Shown here in pieces: positions 55,860 to 64,000 of a DNA stretch of 64,000 nt. The DNA lies in assembly GCA_951406725.2 (NCBI GenBank), contig OX597825.1:2728001-2792000 (forward strand). Direction: 5' to 3'. The notes below the pieces were generated by a model, which saw only the letters and a program-made list of their open reading frames with translations, was not told the origin of the DNA and did not search any database. The DNA is from Octopus vulgaris. Lineage: Eukaryota. The position numbers and the translations under genes were made by a program. Every line of letters begins with the position of its first letter. Positions within the stretch are counted from its first letter, which is position 1.

Positions 55860-56026
55860 GAAGACGAAGACGGATGTATAAAAAAACAAACAAGTGTGAT
55901 AGGTTGTCCTTCGTAAAAAATAGAAAACTCTTTTTACGTTTCGAGCCCACGCTTTTCAACTGAAAGGAATACGAGAAATAAACAATGAAAATTACTTGTA
56001 GACGTTCAACGGCCCAGCATGGCCAA
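55860..56026 (-). mobile_element. Short TA-embedded element with degenerate hammerhead-like fold (family of 57361-57551)
   Basis: Reverse complement ctttcagttgaaaagcgtgggctcgaaacgtaaaaag and ...gtcttcgtctt align with the 57361-57551 copy. Confidence 0.7.
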
Positions 56027-56148
56027 TATATAGATACATATTTATATATTATAGGCATATATCTATATGTGCTTGTGAGTTAGTGAGTGCATGCGTGTGC
56101 GCGTGCTTCTTTAAAAGGACATGGCCAAATATTAATGGTCTAAGATTC

Positions 56149-56815
56149 TACGAGGGTGTCCTGAAAATTTCATACACTGATTCGAATGAGTGATGCTAGG
56201 GCAGTGAAATCATGCACACGGAAACTCATCTTATAAATGACGGCATTGCTTTTTCTTCCGGTAAAGCGAAATTTGGCGGATCGAAATATGTCGGTAAACA
56301 TAACTACTAGTTGCGATTTCTCTTGAAATGGGCCAAATTTGGAATCCTGGTGTTATCAGTACTTGTAAATAAACGACATAGCATCCGACGTCATCAATAC
56401 TGTAATTTATTTGCTACATAAGGAGATGACAGCCCATCTTTATCAACGTTGCCAATCTGAGTTGTTGAATTTAGGAGAGAAACTTGAAGGTGACCCTAAG
56501 TTTGGACGTCCTGCGACAGACACTTTGCTCATCATCACATAGTGATGCATGATAGGTGCTGGAGGAATAGCGAATGCGATTAGCGCATGCTTTGAGGCAT
56601 ATGAGAATATTCGACGGTCATGAAAGGATATGAACAACAGTTATGAAAAGCTATCAAGACTAAACAACCAGGAAAACTGACAAAAGGGTTGTAGTTGAAT
56701 CAGGATAATGGCCCAGCAAAAAGGTTCTTCCTTTCAATGGCTGATGTACGTCACTGTGTCTTTCGACTCGATCCTCCACCCTTTTTCCTTGATTTACCTC
56801 AGTCTGTATACTTCT
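56149..56815 (+). mobile_element. mariner transposon relic
   Basis: TA|cgagggtgtcctgaaa is a mariner-type TIR start; LEGDPKFGRPAT (LEDDPRSGRP) at ~56485; decayed HPPYSPDLAP-like codons at ~56770-56805. Confidence 0.7.
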
Positions 56816-57053
56816 TGAGATGATTATAATAACTTTTCTTATATAACGATGTTATATTTTCCATTTGATTTTCAACGTTACTTTTGTAATATAAAATTTA
56901 CATTGACACATTCTTGTATATCCAATGGCTGCGATAAACATCATCTTTCACATGCAGCTATTTATATGAAGTTTCGATCGGTATACACATGTCGGAAATA
57001 TGTACCGAGGTATGTTCACAGAAACAAATATACACGCACACGCACTCATATAC

Positions 57054-57111
<58 letters not shown>

Positions 57112-57159
57112 ATCTATATATAAAATTGATCAAAATAAAAACATGATGCCAAGGATTCA

Positions 57160-57237
57160 GCGGTACATATGTTTCGGGCCTTTATTAGACAGATTTATAA
57201 CAATGCATAATGTATGTTTGTGGCCTTCTTCAGCCGC
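57160..57237 (-). ncRNA. Type I minimal hammerhead ribozyme
   Basis: Reverse complement gcgg CUGAAGA aggcc [long loop] ggccc GAAA catatg UA ccgc: stem I gcgg/ccgc, palindromic stem III catatg, GUA triplet; lies in a ~170-bp island (57121-57290) between microsatellites. Confidence 0.8.
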
Positions 57238-57295
57238 GCACAACAGCTTCCACAAGGACATGTGTTACATCAAGTACTCACCCCGAATTTCTATA

Positions 57296-57334
<39 letters not shown>

Positions 57335-57360
57335 ATGGCCAAATATTAATGGTCTAAGAT

Positions 57361-57551
57361 GGTCGCCATGATAGATCGTTAGCCACTACACACATTTTTG
57401 TCTCTCCTTGTTTCTTTTTGTGTCCCTTTCTGTAGAAGAGCGTAGGCTCGAAACGTAAAAGATTTTTTCTATTCCTGGGCGTTATACTAATACATCTGTT
57501 TGGTTTGTACACCATCTGTCTTCGTCTTTTGTTTTTTCGTAAACTCTCCCT
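57361..57551 (+). mobile_element. Short TA-embedded element with variant hammerhead-like fold
   Basis: 57426-57461: cttt CUGUAGAA gagc-gtag-gctc GAAA cg UA aaag; inverted homolog at 55860-56026. Confidence 0.7.
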
Positions 57552-57562
57552 ATACATACATG

Positions 57563-57605
<43 letters not shown>

Positions 57606-58518
57606 CATTACAGACAGAAACCCCCATAAATTCATCAAATCAGAATATAAATTCAACCATGTCACAAAATATTGTATTTAATACTTACTATTCATGTTCA
57701 AAGTTGTCGACTACACGTGTTTCATGAAGTTGCATATTATGTTCTTAGGACACCCAAAATGAAAGTGTCAGGCAAGAAGACACACGTGGGACAGAAACTT
57801 AGCGAAGAAGACACAGAATATATGACGAAAAAACTCTAGACATTGAACACAAAAGAATAACGATAATAAAATAAATCCGAAGCGAACATTGAATATATAG
57901 AGCGAGTAGTTATCTCGTAAGAAAAAATGTTACTATCCCGAATTATAACCATATTAAATCAAGTAATCCACAAAAAACATAAAAATTGATCAAAAAAGAA
58001 AAAGAGATGGGGGAACATGCAGCAGATGATGGGAGGGGTGGATTTACAGGTTGTACACCACAGACCAAATGAAACGTTCCGTCGTGCCCAGTGGTCATGA
58101 TTGCAGAGGCGTTGCCCGCGGAGAAAGGGCAGGTGCGCTCACTGAAAAAGTCACCCTACATCGCGAGACGGATTTCTCTGCCGGATCGCAATTAACCGAT
58201 TTTGCTGAAGAAATCAGTAATACGGGATTCTAGAACACCTGAGGTCTCGACATCGACTGACACAAACTGATCGCGCGACTGGTCAAACTCCCGCATTTCT
58301 GTCTTCATCTCCTCTGCGTTTCGTACTGCAATCCCCATGACTACAGCCGATGTAGTATGATTCGATCAGGAAAATGTGTCATTGTAATGCGTGTCCCAGA
58401 TTAGGGATTCGACTCCCACGTATGGAAAGAAATTTATCCAGTCAAGATGCTTGCCATTGACACGCGGAAATTCTAGTTGCCCCATCGGCGACTGGAAGTC
58501 AGCCGCATCAGCCCTTCT

Positions 58519-58745
58519 TATTTCTTTACTGCCCAGAAGGGGCTAAACACAGAGAGGACAAACAAGGACAGACAAACGGATTAAGTCGATTACATCGACC
58601 CCAGTGCGTGACTGGTACTTATTTAATCGACCCCGAAAGGATGAAAGTCGACCTCGGCGAAATTTGAACTCAGAAGATAACGGCTGACAAAATACCGCTA
58701 AGTATTTCGCCCGGCATGCTAACGTTTCTGCCAGCTCGCCGCCTT
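58519..58745 (-). mobile_element. SINE family B, full length
   Basis: Closely matches 51725-51957. Confidence 0.9.
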
Positions 58746-60593
58746 GGATTGTATAAGTTCATACCATCCTGTTTCTGTTTTACTTTAATGCTTGTTGCTT
58801 TGTTAGCCCTCATTGGCAACTGGTACATAAAACTCATAAATAAAGCGTGCAAAATTCAACCATCATATTAATAGCATCTTTTTCCCCAGTATACGGCCTC
58901 ATCCACCACATTCTATTTCAAATACTTTAAATACTTAATTTAAATATTTTGAATATTAACTCATTAGTGCTGGTTTTATATTAATACCAGAAGATTACAA
59001 ATGCACACTACACAATTCAGTGCACATTACTAGCACCCAGTTTTGCAGTGGGATTATGCTTGTATCCCCACACCAAATTATTTATGTAACTGAGTTAAAC
59101 ATCGTCAAACCTTGATGAAGTATTATACCTTTGAAATAATTAATCGATGATTTCACGCGCTATTCCTTTGAATATTTTTTCTTTGATCTCCATGGATTAT
59201 AAAAATACTCAATAATATTGAAAACATGGCAGCTTTCGCATTCAACATTAAGCTGTTTCTTCAAGCCGCTCCTAGTAATCTGGAGATTATAAAAAAAAAA
59301 AAACTTTAAAAAAACCCCAGCTAAATATTAAGAAAAGAAAAATTAATTTCCTTTTTATTTCCTCTCTGAGAGAAAGAGAAGTGAAATAAATCAATCCTTT
59401 TAGAAGTGATGATGACAGGGAGACATTTAAGGAATGGAAAAAAAGAGTAATTTAAAAAAAAAAACATTTCCATTCTGATACACTTCATCATCTACTTAAG
59501 AAATAGATTTATAGGTAAAATTAACATTATTGCATGGAACGATTCAGTTGTAAAACTATAGAATAGGACATCCATATTTGGATTTCTATAATTCATCTTA
59601 TTGTGCAATAATCTTCATTTCAGGATTAATTTTGAGTTTTCGAGAAGAAATAGCTTGAGCAATTCTATTATACCTAGATGTTTTTTTTTCATGGTTTTGG
59701 TGTGAACAAGGAACTATAGACCCTCCGACACCGGTGAGATCGATGACTTTGTAGTGTGTATTACATAGATCTAGGTGGATGGTAATGCATAAGTAGTGGC
59801 AAGCAAACTGGTGTGTATATGAGCGGTAGCTAGATTTGCTAGAAATAACAGCCATTTCTTCCTACAATTATAACCTAATGTCTTCAAAAATAAAGAAAAA
59901 GGAAATATTAGAACTTATAATTCTAGCTAGTACATGTTTAGAAAGTTGTGTTCGTCCCGCCAGGAATACCTTTAACATGAGGCCCGCTCAATTTCAGTTG
60001 ATGTGGAAGTACATTATAAAAACGGAAGTAATTCCAGAGACATTTACTGGAGATAAAAAAAAGAGATTAACATGATTATTGAACGAACTGATTTCCTTCA
60101 CGATACGGTTGACGATGAGATACGACTTGGGGATTGAGTCGCCTCGTGTGTCTAAGCTTTAGTGACAACACAAAACATAGCTTGGAGATGAATATGTCAC
60201 TGAAATCTAGTTTTATTTCTTATATGGTTACCACTTATCAGCAAAAAGATATGATTTTTCAAATAGTTAATTAAAAACTGAAACAATCAGTAATTAACTC
60301 GACCAACTAAGCGTCATATTCTTCGACAAGAAACTGTAAAATATTACGCAAGATCAGTTTAATGAAAAGCGACCACTTTCTGAGTGACTTACTTTTACAT
60401 TTCATATTAAAAAATTAAAGATGTATTCATGTGAATCGCGTGCTAAATTCTCAAGAAAAAGTACTGAATAACCAGAGGAAGTAAGGCGAATTAAATATTT
60501 AATACCTATTTTATTTTCCTCACTGATCATTCTACCGTAAATCAAGAATATGGTAAATACCATCAGAGAGATAAGGACTGGAAGAGAGAAAGC

Positions 60594-60632
<39 letters not shown>
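60594..60632. repeat. (GA)n microsatellite
   Basis: Direct inspection. Confidence 0.95.
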
Positions 60633-60637
<5 letters not shown>

Positions 60638-63600
60638 ATGAGAGACAGAGAATACTATTGTTATTAACTTTGAATGTAAAAAGTTTTTTAATGTAAAATT
60701 ATGTAGTATTATGTATTTACATGCTGAGAGTATTTAAGAATTAAGCCTGATATTATTATTTCTAAGTGATTGCCCGGTTTAGGTACAAATCAGAAAATGG
60801 AACACAACACACACACACAAATGATCAATAACATGGACTTAGAAAAGTCAGTCAGTAGAAGTACACAGAGAATGAAGTTTCGATGAAAGTTCAATTGTTG
60901 CTCGCTTTGAGTAAAACCACGATGAACGTTCAATTCTTACTGGAACTGAGCTTTGCCTATTTGAATTGACTGCAATTAATTTCATTGAAACTTAATATCT
61001 CTCTGTTAACCACGAGTAACAAGAAACGCGAGTGTCATTACAAGGGATATCGAAAACGTTATATACGATTTATAGATGCTCGTTTGATGGAGTCCATTTG
61101 CTCTGTAGAGGCTTTTCAACTTTCTGTAAGGTAACAGTACTATTGTACTCGAAATATTGTTACTGAGGGACATACTGGGAACATAAACATTTTCTTTATA
61201 ATCATGTGAAAACGCAATACGTTCGTGGCATTTAATTGTATTGTAAATATTTTACCAGTTATTTAAATGACACTGACGCATTTTACGTCCTTATAAAGAG
61301 TGATATACTCCATTAGTAATGAAACCGAGTATTCTATGTACAAGGTATATGCAAGTTGGTTGTGTTCTAGAATGTCCATAATACACTTGCAAATTAACTG
61401 CCATATTTATTCACTGAGAATTTTGTAATGTCACTGTAATGAATTTTTATATTGTCTTATAAAAACAAAAGTTCTACTGAGTTTGTCCAGTTATACAGCT
61501 ATATGTGCCAGTACATAAAATGAATACTTACAATTGCTGTCAATAAGAGTTTGATATAATACCACCAGTATTTTTAATTCTGGATAGAAGGAAGATAGTC
61601 CAAAATGGCAACACAACACAACACAATTCTGCTACTGGTGATTCAAACTGGTAGCCCTTCGCAGCACAAATGGTATTCCGTTCTACCCCGGCTCTACTCC
61701 TATCCTTTATGGTAGAAATCTACTTGAAAGGGCACAAACACAGTCATAGACAATTCCAAAAAATTTTCGGTGTGACACGTCTCCCGAAAACACACAATTC
61801 TCACTAAAATGTGAGTCTTTTAGTACGACCACTGACAAACAAATGTCTGGAACACAGTAGAGACCCTTATTCGAAAAAATAATAACCATACGGACAACGG
61901 GCCTCACTATGACCCCAAAAACAAATGCTTTACTTGTGGTCGTGCTTCAAATGTTCAATTTTTCAAGTAGGATGTGACTTCCGCCGTGACGAAAAACAAT
62001 ACGACAACTCGTTAGCAGTAAGCAAGCAACTTACCACATAGCCACTCCTGTGCATAGATAAATAAAAAAAAGTCAACCCTTCTCAACTTGGGGTCATGAC
62101 ATCTTTAGATGACATTTTGTGAGTTATTTAATATCAGACACAATGATTTGTTCAACGATATCTACAGTAAATATTCATATTTTCATGTATTACAAATAAT
62201 ATTATTCGAAACCCTGCGCTAAGTTTTGAAATGAACGTCGTTGCAGTAACCAGAATTATTTTAATGAAGACGTGGTTGTCACTGGACAATGTATTTCTTT
62301 AAGTTAATTTCCCATTTAATGTCGGTGAATGATTAGGATGACACTAATTTGAAACTATAACAACAAACACAGAAATTGTTTTGTCACTTCAATGTGCAGG
62401 TGCATCATCTGACAACCAATAGGCCGATGCTTACATTGAAATAAATCCACATCGGGGAAGTGTCATCCAGTATCGCTAATAAAAACCGAGAAAATTAATT
62501 TAACTTCATTATCCGTTAACTGCATGGAGTAAATTCTGAGAGAAACCAAATTATTTGGTATTTTTCACTTGTACGTTATTTCTGTAGCACAGCAAATTTG
62601 AAAATAGTCATATGACGTGGAAAATGGCAAAGAAAAAGAAAGAAAGAATCAATGTAACTGTAGCGCGAGATTAACACAAAACTGACGATCTTGTTTTGAT
62701 AGGGTTGGAGAGAGATTACAGAAATTATGTGTTTGGAAAATCACTGGGAATCAAAAATATTAAAGGAGCATACAATGAAATAACAAAAACAAAACAAAAA
62801 TACTCAAACGAAACTTAAAATATAATTTAATTCAAATAATAAAGAGAGAAATCAATTATGAAAAAAAAAAAAGATTTTTTCCAGCATGGTAGCTAATTAC
62901 ACAATAACATTGTTTTAAATTACTATTTCCTTTCAAAGAAATTTCCCACTAGAACATGGGAATAATATCCAAATAAGAAACAAAACAACATATTACGCTG
63001 AGAAGCAGCAAAGCTACTTTTATTAAAAATAGTTTTCCAAAAATGTAGAACAAAATAAATGAAATAAAATATTAAAAAATCACATTTTTTTTTTCGAAAT
63101 TCCCTTTAGGAGACTTCTAGTTGCAAATTTCTACAAACATAAATGTGTGCATATGAGAATATATGCATGTGTGAATATGAATGTATATATACGTGTATAA
63201 ACACATACATAATGTGATTAAATGAAATAATTTGTTAATAATCCAATATGGCAGACATAGAATGTAAAGTAAACCAGAATAAACATAAATTTATTGCAGT
63301 AAACATATGCGTGATTAGATTGTATACAATGCTATCAATATCAAAATTGGAATTAAAATTTGATGGTAGAGTCATGTATGGTCTCTTCGAGAGAACGGTT
63401 GTTCGAACATGTGATTGATTACTAAATAATCTGTGAGGATGATGTTTCGATGCAGCCGCCATATTATATTGTAGACACAACATTCAATTTAACACTGGAC
63501 TTTTTTAATATTGACAGACTATTTTAATGTAAGGATTATTTCGTAATGTGGACAGAGGTTTTCATTGCAGACTGGACATTTTAGTGTACATAGAAAGATT

Positions 63601-64000
63601 TAAAATAGCGCATTGTATTGTAAACAGTAAAAGTAGTTGCTGACAGAAAAGTTTAATGATAAAAGGTTCACACTATGTGTCGGCTTACCCCAAAGGAGAT
63701 TAGCGGTTATAGACATTTCAATGAAGTTAGGTTGATATTTTATGCGTATATGGCACGTTTATGTGCACATCAAATATTTCATGGATCTAAGCTATCCCGA
63801 TGTCTGAATGATTTATTTCAAGGAACCTGTGAAATCGTTTTCCTAAAATGCCATGCTTACAATGTATGTTCTTCCAATCCGTAGAAAAATTTACATTGTA
63901 AGCAGAGCACTAAAGTATTACATAATATGTAGGAGACGCGCACTGATCGATGTCAAGAAGTGTTTTCTGGTCATCATAATGAGCTGGCTGTTTCTAATAA

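Overview
AT-rich, microsatellite-dense animal genomic DNA that looks intronic or intergenic. The tRNA-derived SINEs resemble those I recall from octopus genomes, so an octopod cephalopod is likely (inference, no search run). I find no credible intact protein-coding gene; most listed ORFs are translations of (TA)n/(CA)n/(GATA)n repeats. Recognisable content is decayed mobile DNA: several SINE families, R4/Dong-type and CR1-type LINE fragments, Tc1/mariner/maT transposase relics, a Helitron helicase fragment and a piggyBac-like MITE. The most notable signal is a set of short non-coding elements within or beside (TA)n tracts. Several carry minimal type I hammerhead ribozyme folds with a palindromic stem III (12771-12830, 13014-13068, 57160-57237, plus variants). 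Three have a fold-back architecture of (TA)n-arm/loop/arm'-tail (12290, 12563, 48285). In the 410-bp fold-back the symmetry axis lies directly at the ribozyme 5' edge, giving back-to-back sense and antisense hammerheads. These are most simply Penelope-like pseudo-LTR or retrozyme-like elements.
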